A stretch of 64,000 nt of DNA from Callorhinchus milii (Eukaryota), in assembly GCF_018977255.1 (NCBI RefSeq), contig NW_024704743.1, positions 70,744,001 to 70,808,000 of the forward strand, in the 5' to 3' direction. How positions within the stretch are numbered: position 1 is the stretch's first letter; every line of letters begins with the position of its first letter. A model generated the notes under the pieces. That model saw only the letters and a program-made list of their open reading frames with translations. It searched no databases and was not told the DNA's origin. Shown here in pieces: positions 40,261 through 52,870 of this stretch. Both the position numbers and the translations under genes were made by a program.

Positions 40261-41078
40261 TCCTTTAACCTCCTCAGTAAAGCCACATCATCCCCTTCAC
40301 CCAACACTGGCCCAATACTAACCCAAGCCTGGCCCATCCCTGACCTGACACAAGCCCATCCCTGGCCCAGCGCCGCTGCCCGCTCTCACCTGGCGACGTC
40401 TCGTGTGTAAAGACCAAGGAGTCGGCAGTTGTGTGAAATCCAGGCCACTGTGGGCCAGGCTGAGGCCGGAGTTTGGTCCTGAACCTCACTACCCAGCAGC
40501 CGGCAGCGGAGCAACACGGGTTGCATGAGCGCTCAGCATATCTTCAGGACCAGTTCATTGGTACTAATACCAGGAATGAACATCGAGCCCATGCAGTAAA
40601 ACCAATGAAATTCAGCTAAATCTGTTATAATTCACTCTGACTCCAAAGGAAAGTTCCACGCAGCTCATGATATGTCAACATTATCCAACACACCGCCTTA
40701 ATGCACAAGCTGTTGGACCATCTGCTATGTCCTTTTGTTGTGGTAGAACAGGTAGGCATGTCTTCTCAGCTGGCTTGGATGGCACACGATGTCAAAGAAT
40801 CCAGTCAGAGAGAATAGTGTGTTCTCTTTGACTCGACAAAAATTCTCGACATAGGTTTGCCTTTTTCCGTTATAAAGAGTTACAAAGAGCATCCGCCATT
40901 CAGGATAAAAAGCAACTCAATGAAACACAGCTTATCACAATTCTTTCTGCTCTGCTTTTCACAAGGTTGGTGCATATTAACCGTGAACACACGAGACACA
41001 TGTATTGTTTTACAGAAGAACAAAAACTGTTTAAACAAAACCAGCAGTGACTATTTTCAAACTAGCAAATGTCCTTAC

Positions 41079-41499
41079 CTGGTAATCTTGCACATGGTGA
41101 CCACTTGAAACTTCTTAGCTAATATTAACTCTATGAAGTCCGTCCGATCCACAGAAAGGTCATTACAAAACAACTCCATGCCCTCTCTAATATAGCATCG
41201 TCGTGTGCATCTTTGTACCTCCTAAAGAATTCTTCAGCTCTCTTAAGCGAGAACTCATCAAGAATTACAACAGATTCATCCTTTTTACTATCTCCAGAAT
41301 GAGCAAGTTGTGGCTGAGTTCATTCCAATACGAGATCCGTTTTTTTTGTTCCGTTGGCAAGTATGCCTCCAGACATTGTGTTAATTTCTTCACTAGGGCT
41401 GGCACTTTTCTTACCATGCGATTTGATATCTGATTCTTTGTCTCCAGTTTTGCTACCCAAAGGAAGGGGGTATTTGCACTTGGTGACACATTGGCCCAG
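41079..41499 (-). pseudogene. DCUN1D3: Decayed copy of the first coding exon of DCUN1D3 (DCN1-like 3), antisense in KCNH8 intron 5
   Basis: Minus-strand translation: (CTG)GQCVTKCKYPLPLGSKTGDKESDIKSHGKK...GGILANGTKKTD...LE*...FSLKRAEEFFRRYKDAHDDAILE[1-nt frameshift]EGMELFCNDLSVDRTDFIELILAKKFQVVTMCKITR, then gtaagg. Recalled human DCUN1D3: MGQCVTKCKNPSSTLGSKNGD...ILVNGTKK...EELFRRYKDEREDAILEEGMERFCNDLCVDPTEFRVLLLAWKFQAATMCKFTR. ATG replaced by CTG, TGA at 41322-41320, frameshift near 41185. Confidence 0.92.
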
Positions 41500-41756
41500 T
41501 TTCTTAACTGCGGCGCTCGAGCAGTCCACTTCCAGTCAAGCTTCTTCTCGGATCCTGCTGCTCCGTGTACTTCAACATATCATCAGGGATGAAAACAAGC
41601 GTGGAGTGTATAGCCAGTGCAGTAATTCAATAAAATGCATAGCAATAAAACAAAATCACATTTTGAATCTCTTCAGTTAACTTGGGTCAAGAAGTGTCCT
41701 GATGTAATCAATCTCTTTTACACAAGTATTTACCCTTTTGAGCATTAGATCAATAG

Positions 41757-42209
<453 letters not shown>

Positions 42210-42239
42210 TAATTATTGCTTGGTGAACACTTCATTCCG

Positions 42240-42530
42240 ATAATAATAATTCTTGAATCTATATTGCACCTTATCACATCATTGAGGCATCTCAAAGCGC
42301 TTTCCAAAATATAGTGTAAAGTGGATTGATTATTTTGTGGGCGAAATGCGGCAGCCAGCAATGACCCACAAACAGCCATGGATTGAGCAACCAATTTATT
42401 TGGGGCATATTTGGCCAGGACATCCAGAAAGAGAAACTCCCTTCTCGTTTCGAATAGTACCATGGGATCTTTAACATCCACCTAAATATGCAGAATGGAC
42501 CTCAGTTTAACTACTCATCTGAAGGTTGGG
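42240..42530 (-). mobile_element. Older DeuSINE just downstream of exon 6
   Basis: gcgaaatgcggcagcc..ttggccaggacatcc..catgggatctttaacatccacc. Confidence 0.8.
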
Positions 42531-44029
42531 AGGAAGCCACCCACATGAAGGGCGCTGTATATGTGCAAGTTGTTGCTGTTGTTCATGAAATGTTTATGTG
42601 CTGTCATTGCAGATGCTGATTGTCAATGGGTTTCACATCCTTAACCTGTGATAATGGTCTCATACAAGGATTTATAATTATACTGAAAATCTGTTGAGAG
42701 TAATCTGTATTTTTTATAGAGTTTGAGAACCTATACATACTGGAGATTATTTTCTGTGTGTCTGTAAACTTGGCAGTGTAAGTTTATAATGTATTTTCTC
42801 ATTATAAATCCACACACTAAGGTCAATGAAATGACTGACCAAGTGGAGAATATGCACTTTCTGCCAAGGACAATAAGTTGAGAATCCCATCCCCCAGCCC
42901 CCACACCAACCATTGCATGCCCTTAAAGTGATGAATATTTCAGTTATTATTGGAAACATCTACCCCTGCTTTATGCAGTTTTATTATTTACAATATTGTA
43001 GTTTCTCAAAGAAATTCAGTATAATCACCATTAATTTGTAACTCAAAATACCCCATAATTTCTCCAAAAACTATACACTGATTTTGGCTGAGATCTGAAT
43101 CCTCCTCAGAGCCAAGGTCTAATGGATGGTAGTGACACACAGCAGGTATTCCAAGAAATGACATGGCAGTTATGTTGTGCAAGCACTATTTCAGCTTCAT
43201 TATCTCTTATGAAAACTGGATACCTGACAGTCAGCAGTTATGCCAAAGTTCTGTCTTTTGTACTCTGTACCTTACACAGGAACGTTCCCACCTTACAGCC
43301 AAATCTTTGAAACATCAATGGGTTAAAAATTCTGTTCAGCCGTAAACGCGATACTTTTGGTGGAATTTAACTATAGTTGGAAAGCCCAACATTGTCAAAG
43401 GAGATGCAAAGAGCTCTAAACATAATATTGAGAAAAATCTGTGTTCTAGTCTGAATCACTCGAAGACAGTGCTTATGTTTATGTTGAAATTTAGCTGCAC
43501 AGGTTCTGCAAGAAATTGAAGTCCTGGTCACTGTGCTGGCAACAGTGTTGATTTATTTTATAACACACAGTATTTCATGAGATCTACGTGCCCCCACCTG
43601 CAGTGTGATGTCACATCTGTAAGAATGTGCTGTGCCTTAAAAAGCAGCATGAATAATAATTGTTTAACACAGTATCAACTTTTTTTTCAGATTATTAGTG
43701 GGTTGCGAATATTATTTTGGTCTCTGTGACAGGAAATTGTTTTTTTTTAGATATGGAATTGTATTGCTTGAGAATTTGCGGCCAGTGTTAGCATCTCAGA
43801 TGATAGATGTTGAGTCCTTTGATAGAAATGTTGTGCCGGAGCATGTATATGGCATGCTTCAGAATGTTAGCATTCCTTATTGCAGTGTGTAGAGAAGCAT
43901 GCAGTGTGGGTAATGTGGCTGTTTTGAAACCAATTTCCAGCTGCTGCTGAGAGTCCATTTGGCACCGATATAATCTGCATGTTTTGAGAACAAGGCAGTG
44001 TTTTGAGAACAAGACAGTGCAAGGATTAT

Positions 44030-44570
44030 TATTTATTATAATAATTCTTTCATTTGATATAGTACTTTGTCATGAGATGCAAAACAGCTCAGTAAATTTG
44101 CAGGATTTACTGTAAGTGTAGTTACTGTGTATTTGTAGGGAAGCTGTGTCGGCAGGGAGAGAATGCACATTCTATTCTAGACAAGGGGTAATTTCCATGT
44201 GTAATTGGCATGTATATATATATATATATGATTTGGATACTCTTAAATTTGATGATGGGTTTCTGCATGTGATAGACACCAACAATAAAAAAGCAGCCAG
44301 TTTGCATAACAGTAAAGCCCAACAAACGATCAATAAATGATCAATTTTTTCTCGGGGATTGTTGTCCTGGACATTGAGAAAAACTACTTTCTAATTTCAA
44401 ATAGTGCCATAGGATCTACCTGAATAAAGAGTGGGATCTCTGTTTAATGTCTCATCTGAGCAACAACACCTCTGACAATGCAGTGCTTCCCCAGATCTTT
44501 CCCAGACCTCTGTCATTTAAGAGGAAGACTTGGACCCATAACCTTCTGACTCAGAGTTGAGAGTGTTACC
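44030..44570 (-). mobile_element. Older DeuSINE interrupted by the unusual LINE terminus
   Basis: Tail tctttcatttgatatag; body aaatagtgccataggatc; head accttctgactcagag. Confidence 0.7.
44150..44292 (+). mobile_element. Short 3' terminus of the unusual LINE with A-rich tail, nested in a minus-strand DeuSINE
   Basis: cagggagagaatgcacattc..ttggatactcttaa..gacacc followed by aacaataaaaaa. The SINE resumes at gcagccagtttgc. Confidence 0.5.
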
Positions 44571-45479
44571 AATGAATATAGGCAGGCCAGGGAACGTGAA
44601 CATTCTTTTGCTGCATGGTCACATCGCTGGTGTCAGTGGGTACTCAGAAAATAATAATGCACAACCACAGTCCTCCCAAATGAATTTGGTTTGTTTCTTC
44701 AGCCATTTTCCAAGCCTCAGTTATAACTTCTGCTCGAGACATAGCAAGGCTTTGACGACAAATAGTGTGCAGTTGTCAGCTGTTCTCAGTTTCTCTCCCT
44801 ATCTAAATTTTGATAGATGTGGGCGTCTGAAATCATTCCAGTCACCTGGGGGTTGTTGTCTGCAAGCAACACACTGCTCATATTTCCAGTTGCTGATAGT
44901 GAGCACAAACAGTTCTGAGTACATGTGCTCTCGCTGTGCATTCCTGATAGGCTTCTTTCAGTGCCTTCTCAACCAAAATGTTTTCTTTCTCAGCTGGAGG
45001 AGGGGGCGAATGACATTTTCTGTTTGAAAGTCTGCAGGGATCCCCCAAGAAACGAAACGAGAAATGAAGTGGGTTAAAACATTTTGAGATGTTTCTCAAA
45101 TGGATGGGTATTAAGACATTTTAGATAGTAGGCATCTTAATCCTTACAGTATCAATCCTGTCTCTATAATAATAACTGTCTCTATCAGGATAATCGTCCT
45201 CTGAATTTTCTACTGACATAATGTGACACTGAAAGAATATTAATATTATAACACTTCAGGATGCTGGACATCAAAAATAGTTTTATTTCTCTAATGTTAA
45301 TCCCAAAGCACTAAAATTTATGCTGTAGCAAAGTTCTTTAAGATATTTAAACAGTTTAAGAGCAATCTTTTCAGGCCTATTTACCTGCCCTTTCCCCACA
45401 AACTCTCTTAAAACCACAGAACCGCAGAAATTTACAGCACAAACACAGTCATTTGGCCCATTTATGGAGTCCTGTAGCT

Positions 45480-45750
45480 ACAACAACAACTTGCCTTATA
45501 CAGCTCCCTCCACACCAGGCGGCGTCTCAGAGCGCTTAACAATGGTGGAGCCCAAGGTCGAGCCGGGGGAGTAGGAAGGTGACCGTAGGTCGAAAAGATA
45601 GGTCTTCAAGTGCGACCTGAAGATAAGGAAGGAGGGGCGAAGCGAAGGGGTTGAGGGAGGGAGTACCAAAGTTTTGGGGCGTAGTAATGGACCCAGTAGA
45701 GCGGAGGCAGTGGGTACTGCTTTGGGGAGAGAGGAGGTTAGAGAGATTAG
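45480..45750 (-). mobile_element. L2 3' fragment inserted into a SINE tRNA head
   Basis: (caa)n tail at 45480; the SINE head ggagtcctgtagct|..|tagtggttatagcactcac is split around it. Confidence 0.8.
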
Positions 45751-45819
45751 TGGGGTGCCAAGGAATGTGGTTAGTTAGCTTAGTGGTTATAGCACTCACC
45801 TCGCAAGCGAGAGGATTTG

Positions 45820-46040
45820 CTCGTTTGCTAACTATCTCAAATTGACACCTTCTATTCACTGACTCACTGACCAATGGAAATAATTTCTCCCTATTGACTC
45901 TCTCAAAACCCGTCACAATTCTAAAGACCTCTTTCAAGTTACCCCTCAATCCTCTTTGTTTCAAAGGAAAAAGTCCCAATTTCTCCAATTTCTGCTCATA
46001 TCCAAACAACTTATCCCCAGTATCATCCTAATAAATCTTG
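45820..46040 (-). mobile_element. CR1 ORF2 fragment
   Basis: YEQKLEKLGLFPLKQRGLRGNLKEVFRIV. Confidence 0.8.
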
Positions 46041-46662
46041 TTGCTAATTATTTCTGACCTTAAAATCTATATTTTGCCTTTCTTTCAGTGCCCACTGATC
46101 ATTTGGAAAAGGAGAATAACATTTCTTAGAAGTATTTTTTCATTGGCTTCAAGCCAGATCCACAGTCCAATTTTGGAGCATACAGCAGATTAAAAGATTG
46201 ATGATTGCCTGTCAGTCTTTAATGTGAAATTTGCAGGAAGTCCGAAGCAGAAATCTGTATACACTTCAGTGATTTCCGAGAGCCAGTAAAGCCTGGACAT
46301 GTAAAGCCATCTGCAGCACTTATTCTAGAGTTAACTTATTGTAGCAATAAGATAGCACCAGATTTGATACATTTGAAATTATTCTAATGAATTCCTCAAT
46401 GAAAGTACATTGCAGGAAGTGACCTGTACTGACAAACACATCTCTGTAAACTAGTGGTGAATAGGGCTGAAAATGCAGAGCAAAATCACAGTGCAAAGAT
46501 CACCATATTTTATCAGAAAGTGAGGTTAAACAATTTTTCAAACATAAAGAACATAAAGAAAATGTTCATAGCAGCAAAGCAGTCTAGTAACAGTCTAGTG
46601 AACTGACAGTATTATCCTGCATACAGTTCTGTAATTGGGTTCCAGAATCAATATAATATATA

Positions 46663-46915
46663 ATATAATAATAATCCTTGCATTTGATATAGCGCTTTTC
46701 ACGTCTTTGAGACGTCTCAAAGCGCTTCACAGAATATACTGTAAAACCAAAATGTTTTCTTTCTCAGCTGGAGGAGGGGACAAATGACATTTTCTGTTTG
46801 ATAGTATTTAGGGAACTTAAAGGAACTTTAAAGTAAATTGACTGTATATTTTGTGGGCGAAGCGCGGCAGCCAATTGCGCACAGCAGTGTCCCACAAAAA
46901 TTTGTGGATTGAGTC
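46663..46915 (-). mobile_element. DeuSINE 3' half with an ~85-bp foreign insertion
   Basis: SINE gaatatactgtaaa|insert|gtaaattgactg; the insert matches 44971-45027. Confidence 0.85.
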
Positions 46916-48474
46916 ATCAATATGCTCACCATCCTGGTGCGGTGCAAAGACAGCTCATTATGCTAGTGGTGTACTATGGTGAAGGAGATAAATTGAGGGG
47001 TTACTCCTCACTCCCTGACTTGGCATCAAGCTCCAAGATGCTACTCCATGAGAAGTGGGCTTTATAAATGTAAATGTTGTAGAGCAAAGCCAGCTCACCA
47101 CTCTGGTTCAAAGCCGGGAATCATTCTCTCTACTGGCCTGGGAAATTGTCATTGAGGAAGAGGCCTGTTATGCTTTCTGAAAGTCTGTCTGCAGAGTTTG
47201 AGGGCTTTAATCCAGCCTTCTGCAGTTGCCGTTGTCCTGATTTATAAGGGCCACCCTATGCATGATCTTTCAAGTGCAAAGCTCGACATCAAGAATGTTA
47301 TCAACCTGTAAAGAAAAGAAACACTGAACATTTGCACCAACAATGTTCTTATTTTTTGAAAGTCACTGTGGCACACAGTCTAACACTGACCATGTTTTTT
47401 GTGGGTTCCTGTCTCTTTTTGCCTCTCCTAAGAGGATACTGAGCAGCCTGTACAAGTAAGGCTGTGCAGGCGTATATTGTGAGGTAGAGGAAGTGAGGGG
47501 TGAACCTGATGGGCCTCCAGCAGAATCGGTTTGAGGTGTCTAGAAAATATGAAAAGGCACTATAGCAAATGCAAGGATTATTATTGGATCCTTCCCATCT
47601 ATGTATCTGTGAAAACACTACATAATAATAATTCTTGCTTTTGATAAAGCACCGTAACACGTCATTGAAACATCTCAAAGCACTTCACAGTGCTAAGAAT
47701 TGAAAAATGTTACTGAGCTTTTTTTTGGTGGAGCTTCAACTCATGGGACAGTAAAAAACCAAATACCAAATAATACTCAGAACAGGCCCATCTGTAGTGA
47801 AGTGCCTTTGTGGGCATGCCAGGCTTTATTTATTCATGGTGAAATTTAGAAGACTGATGTAGAATTCAATTACATTCATGCAGATGTACATAATACTCAG
47901 CAGAATAAGTCATTAACCTCTCAATAATAACTTGCATATGATCATTGTAAAATATGCTAATCAGGATTCATGTCTAGACTTAATTATTTTATGATAAAAT
48001 TATAATTTTGAGTCTGAGTCACCATTCCATTAAAAGGAATGGCCCAAACCAGCAGATATTGAATGTGTACTTCAACCACGATATGGATCACCCATTATCT
48101 TAGTTCAGAGACATCAAGAGCTCTTTATCATGCATTATTTAAGCACAAGCAGAGTAATGTATTAATAATAAAAATCATTGCATTTAATGTCAAACGTATA
48201 ACATCAAAATATCTCAAAGTATTTCTGTGAAATGTAGCATGCATTTGTAGGCAAATGCAACAACAAAAACAACTTGCACTTATATAGTGCCCTCCATGCA
48301 AGGTAGTGTCTCAGAGTGCTTACAAATCTTGCTTATTAACTAGGAACTGGGGGTATTATGACAGTGTTGTTCTCTTCAATGTTAATAATGTTGTCCCAGC
48401 CAACAATCCGCCAGATAAAATTGGTGATTCACTTTAATGGCTGTTTGTGAGTCATTGCTGTGTGCAAATTGCTG

Positions 48475-48968
48475 CAATCCCGCCTGGATTACTCAAACGC
48501 ACTCCTCACCGGCCTCCCCAGCTCCACAGTTCAAAAAATCCAGCTCATTCAGAACTCTGCTGCCCGGATGCTGACCCTGACCAAACTCTGTACCCCCATC
48601 TCGCCAGTTCTGGCCGGGCTCCACTGGCTCCCCACTCCGAACAGATCGACTTCAAGATCCTCACTCTCGTGTTTAAATCCATTCACTACCTGGCACCTCC
48701 CTCCTCTCCAACCTCCTCACATCCCACTCCGCACCATTGGAGGTCACGCTTTCAGCCACTATGCTCTGAAACTCTGGAACACTCTCCCTCAATCCCTTTG
48801 CTTTGCCCCCTCTCTCCACTTTTTCAAGTCCCACTTGAAAACCTTCCTTTTCGACTGTGCTTACTGTTATCTCCCCCTCCCACCCTGCTCGGAGTCAGGT
48901 GCTGTTAAGCGCTCTGAGATGATACCCTGCATGGAGGGTGCTATATAAGTGCACGTTGTTGTTGTTGA
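48475..48968 (+). mobile_element. L2 3' fragment
   Basis: SRLDYSNALLTGLPSSTVQKIQLIQNSAARML..LHWLP; (ttg)n tail. Confidence 0.9.
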
Positions 48969-49192
48969 TATCGCTGTCTCATTTCTCTGTCTGGTTCCAC
49001 ACTACTTGTACATCTGGCTTCCAGTACTAACTAGCCAGCTTCCCAAAAATAGCTCATTAGATTAGTCATTAGATTCCTGCTGACATCAATGCTCTATAAT
49101 GTGCACTATGTATATTATGCACAAGGACGCCCCACCAATATCACTTTTTACATCTTGCTCTCACCCCACAAGTGAGAGGACGTGGGTTTGAT

Positions 49193-49868
49193 TCATAGAA
49201 TCATAGAATCATAGAATTGTACAGCACAAAAAGAGGCCATTCGGCCCATCGAGTTTGTGCCGGCTCTTTGAATAGAGCAATTAATGTCAATCTCACTCCC
49301 CAGCCTTTTCCCCATAACCCTGCAAACCCGTCCGCCTCAAATACCCGTCCACTGCGTTTTTAAAAGTAGTTATCGAATCGGCCTCCACCACCCTTTCAGG
49401 CAATGCGTTCCAGATTCGAACAGCTCGCTGCGTGAAAAAATTTCTTCCCACCTCCCCTCTGCTTCTTTTAGATACTATTTTGAATCTGTGACCTCGAGTC
49501 ACTGACACACCCACCAGTGGAAACAGTTTTTCCCTTTCTAACCTATCAAATCCCCTCATGATTTTGAAGACCTCTGTTAGGTCTCCTTGTAACCTTCTCT
49601 GCTCCAATGAGAATAATCCTCACCTCTCTAGTCTTTCCTCATAATCAAGGTCCCTCATTCCTGGTACCATCCTCGTAAATCTCCTCTGCACCCTTTCCAA
49701 TGCCTTAACATCCTTCCTATAGTGTGGTGCCCAGAACTGGGCGCAATATTCTAACTGAGGCCTAACCAGTGTTTTATATAGGTTAATCATAACCTCCTGA
49801 CTCTTGTACTCTATGCCCCTATTTATAAAGCCTAGTATCCCATATGCCCTTTTTACAGATTTATCTAC
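49193..49868 (-). mobile_element. CR1 LINE 3' end
   Basis: LYKTLVRPQLEYCAQFWAPHYRKD, EQRRLQGDLTEVFKIM; (atagaatc)n terminal repeat. Confidence 0.95.
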
Positions 49869-49869
49869 C

Positions 49870-50124
49870 TGGCAAGGCGAAATGTTGGGCAAGTTTCCTT
49901 ACTCCACACACCTCTGTTTACCTAGCAGTAGGTAGGAACCCGGTTGTTAGTCGATTGGCGGATCGCTTTTCCAGGGATAATAATTCCTTAAAAAAATTTT
50001 GGTCACTTAATGCACGACTGTTTGCGAGACACCGCTGTGTCCAATTCGCTGCTGCGAGGCGCTTTGAGACGTCTCGAAGAAGTGATAAGGCGCTCTACCA
50101 AATGCAAGGATTATTATTATTATT
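49870..50124 (+). mobile_element. DeuSINE long variant fused to the 5'-truncated end of a CR1
   Basis: gggcaagtttccttactccacac..ggcggatcgc..gcaaggattattat. Confidence 0.85.
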
Positions 50125-50841
50125 TGTACTACGCACATGAAAGAGTATTGATGGCCAGTGAAGGAACTTACGTCAACAGAGCTTCTTGCACATAGCCCAT
50201 GTGGTCAGCATGCAGCAAATGATCTAAGCAGAACTTCCTATGCATAGCGCACATGCTGACAAAGCGAAGGAAGTGACTTCTTCCTTTTTCTCACATAATA
50301 ATAATAATAATCTTTGCATTTGATATGTCACATATTCGAGACTTCTCAAAGCGCTTCACAGAATATGTTGTAAAGTGAATTGACTGTATATTTTGTGGGC
50401 AAAATATGGCAGTCAATTGCACACATAATTGTCCCACAAACAGTTGTGGATTCAGTCAGCAAATTATGATTGAGAGATCCAGGGAGTAATTGGAGGAAAT
50501 TCTTGCCCTCATATAAGACATGCATTGACTGTAGGAAAGCACAATGTCCTCCTTATTTCTAAAATTCCAAAAAATAATCACTTATAACTCAGCCTCTGAA
50601 AGATTGAACCCAGTGGACTGGGTTATAACAATAACAATGTCCTGAATAACATAGAATATTATCATTCAGTAGAATTATGTGCATGACTAACATAAGCTTA
50701 TTGGAGTTCATTCTCTGTAACCCAAATTACATTATGTCCAAGTATTGGAAAGGTAATCTTGTTAGACCTTTGTTACAACAGCCAAACATTACCATCATAG
50801 TTACCATCTGCCATGAATATAAAGAACCAATAAATGTGTTT

Positions 50842-51095
50842 ACAACAACACCAAAATTACATTTCTATAGCACTTTTCACACTGGGAGGATGTCCCAAAG
50901 CCCTGGACAGTCAATGTTTCAGACCCAAGCTGGGGGTTAGGATCGGGGAGGGTGGAGATCAGGGGGGAAAGGAGGGTGACTGAAGGCTTGGTCAAAGAGG
51001 AGGGTTTTGAGACGGGTTTGAAGGAGGCAAGGGAAGGGGCGAGGCGGAGGGACTGCGAGATGGATTTCCACAGGGTGGGGGCAGGGTGGCAGAAG
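50842..51095 (-). mobile_element. L2 3' fragment
   Basis: APTLWKSISQSLRLAPSLASFK; L2 tail. Confidence 0.8.
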
Positions 51096-51568
51096 GTAAG
51101 CCTGCTGAAGGCAGAAGTTAAAACCAAATAATTATTTTAGAGACTTTCTGCAAATATCAAGACTGTTTTCTGTAGCTCATTTGTATAGAGTTGTTATTTG
51201 TTATGGTGATGATTATTTTTAGAGCAATGAAAAGTAAAGGTACAAGTAAATATTTGGAGAGGAAGGGAATTTTCAATGCATTTATTCAGTTGAGTGTAAA
51301 AGGACATATTAGTGTGGTCTAATTTACAGCAAAATTTAGAATTCCTGTCGAGCCAAGACAACTCTGCTCCAGAAATAGATCATTTTAGAGAGGAATTTTC
51401 ACTGGTCAGTGTGATGTATTATTGGTTACCAAAAGACTACTCAGATTCCTCATTAATGAAAACTATTAAGAAATACCACAAAATAACCATAATGGTTTCA
51501 ATGACATCTGAATTTGTGTACAAGGCAGAGCAGCCTAACTAAACTTGGGTGTTTCATTTCGTTGGCAG

Positions 51569-51776
51569 GTCTCAATTGTACATCTTCTAAAGACCGTTCG
51601 CCTGCTGAGACTGTTACGACTGTTGCAGAAGCTGGATCGTTACTCCCAGTACAGCACAATAGTCCTGACTCTATTGATGTCCATGTTTGCATTGTTGGCC
51701 CACTGGATGGCGTGCATCTGGTATGTCATTGGCAAGATTGAAATGGAGGATAATGACCCACTTACATGGGACATTG
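51569..51776 (+). CDS. KCNH8: KCNH8 internal exon (exon 7 equivalent), S4 voltage sensor and S5, 208 bp
   Basis: Acceptor ttggcag, donor G|gtaagt. [69 protein letters not shown](G). Confidence 0.97.
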
Positions 51777-52627
51777 GTAAGTCATTCTGATGACATTATA
51801 AATTTTATAAAATACTTGGAGCAATGTATCCATATACCATCACAATGAAATTGCTGTTAATCAGCAAATGCATATCTATATCTTTTATCAGTTTTAAAGA
51901 AGAAATGCAGATTAAGAGTATCCATCTGTTGTTCAGTGTGTAAGTTTATCCCCTGTTTATATTGTGGATCTGGAAGCTTGACAAGGGTGTCAAACATGTT
52001 GGCTTATTTTGAGGCTTTTGCATTTGCCCATACACTCCAGATGGCGCTGAAGTAAAGTGATGTTTTCCACATCCACATCCAGGCAATGAGGTTGAAGAGT
52101 GCTCAGGAAGATAATGAGATCCTGTACCTGAATTTTGGTTAGAACAGTGAAGGAGAAAGCTCAGATTGGAAGGACATTGAAGCGATCACCCACAGACAGG
52201 CCAGGGCTGTGCTTAAAGACAGAATATAGATGTTCCGCAAAAGGGAAGGAGACTGCATCAGAAGCAAAATGACCATATTCTAGAATGGAACAAACCCTTG
52301 TAAACTGTTGTCCTTCTGGAAGAGAGTATATTATTACCCCAGAGAAGATACATATTGATATATATTGCTGTTTCCCATAGAAAGAATACGGCAAGAATAT
52401 TAGAAGGGTTCTAGTAAATTACTATCTCATTCTTATATTGGGTATTCTCAGCATTTCTTGTTTTCATTTCAGATTTCCAATATTTGTGTTTTTTTCTTTT
52501 TAATATCTGTTGGTAGAATACATGTTTTTATTTTCATGGATTATAATAGAAATTTATTGAGCAGAGGTTCCTGAGGACAAATCAGATTGTAACAAAGCCT
52601 TTACAAATTTTGAAATCTATAAGCAAC

Positions 52628-52870
52628 AGGCCCAAAATTCACCTCGTCTTAGCCTGGCGAACCATTTTACTTTAAAATTTTAAGATTTGCACAGAATTGT
52701 GGAAAATTATTAAATTCCCTGTAATTTGGTAACCGGTTTTCTGCAATTCTTCAAAAGGAAACAGCTTCCAAATTAAGACTGAATTCAAGAATTTTCCACA
52801 ATGCATTGTGATATTAAATTTGAAGGCAAAGTAATCTTAAAGGGAAAAAGAGGGTAAATGTTGAGCTTAA
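52628..52870. mobile_element. Related foldback/MITE-like element
   Basis: Inverted arms tgtggaaaattattaaattc / gaattcaagaattttccaca. The core is shared with 23495-23545 and 38225-38385. Confidence 0.55.

Noticed and set aside
41079..41499. Functional nested DCUN1D3 gene
   Set aside because: Start codon lost, in-frame stop, frameshift, and no second coding exon found in the window.
44557..45027. 156-aa ORF in intron 6
   Set aside because: No recognisable domain or splice context, and it starts within a SINE head; likely a chance ORF.
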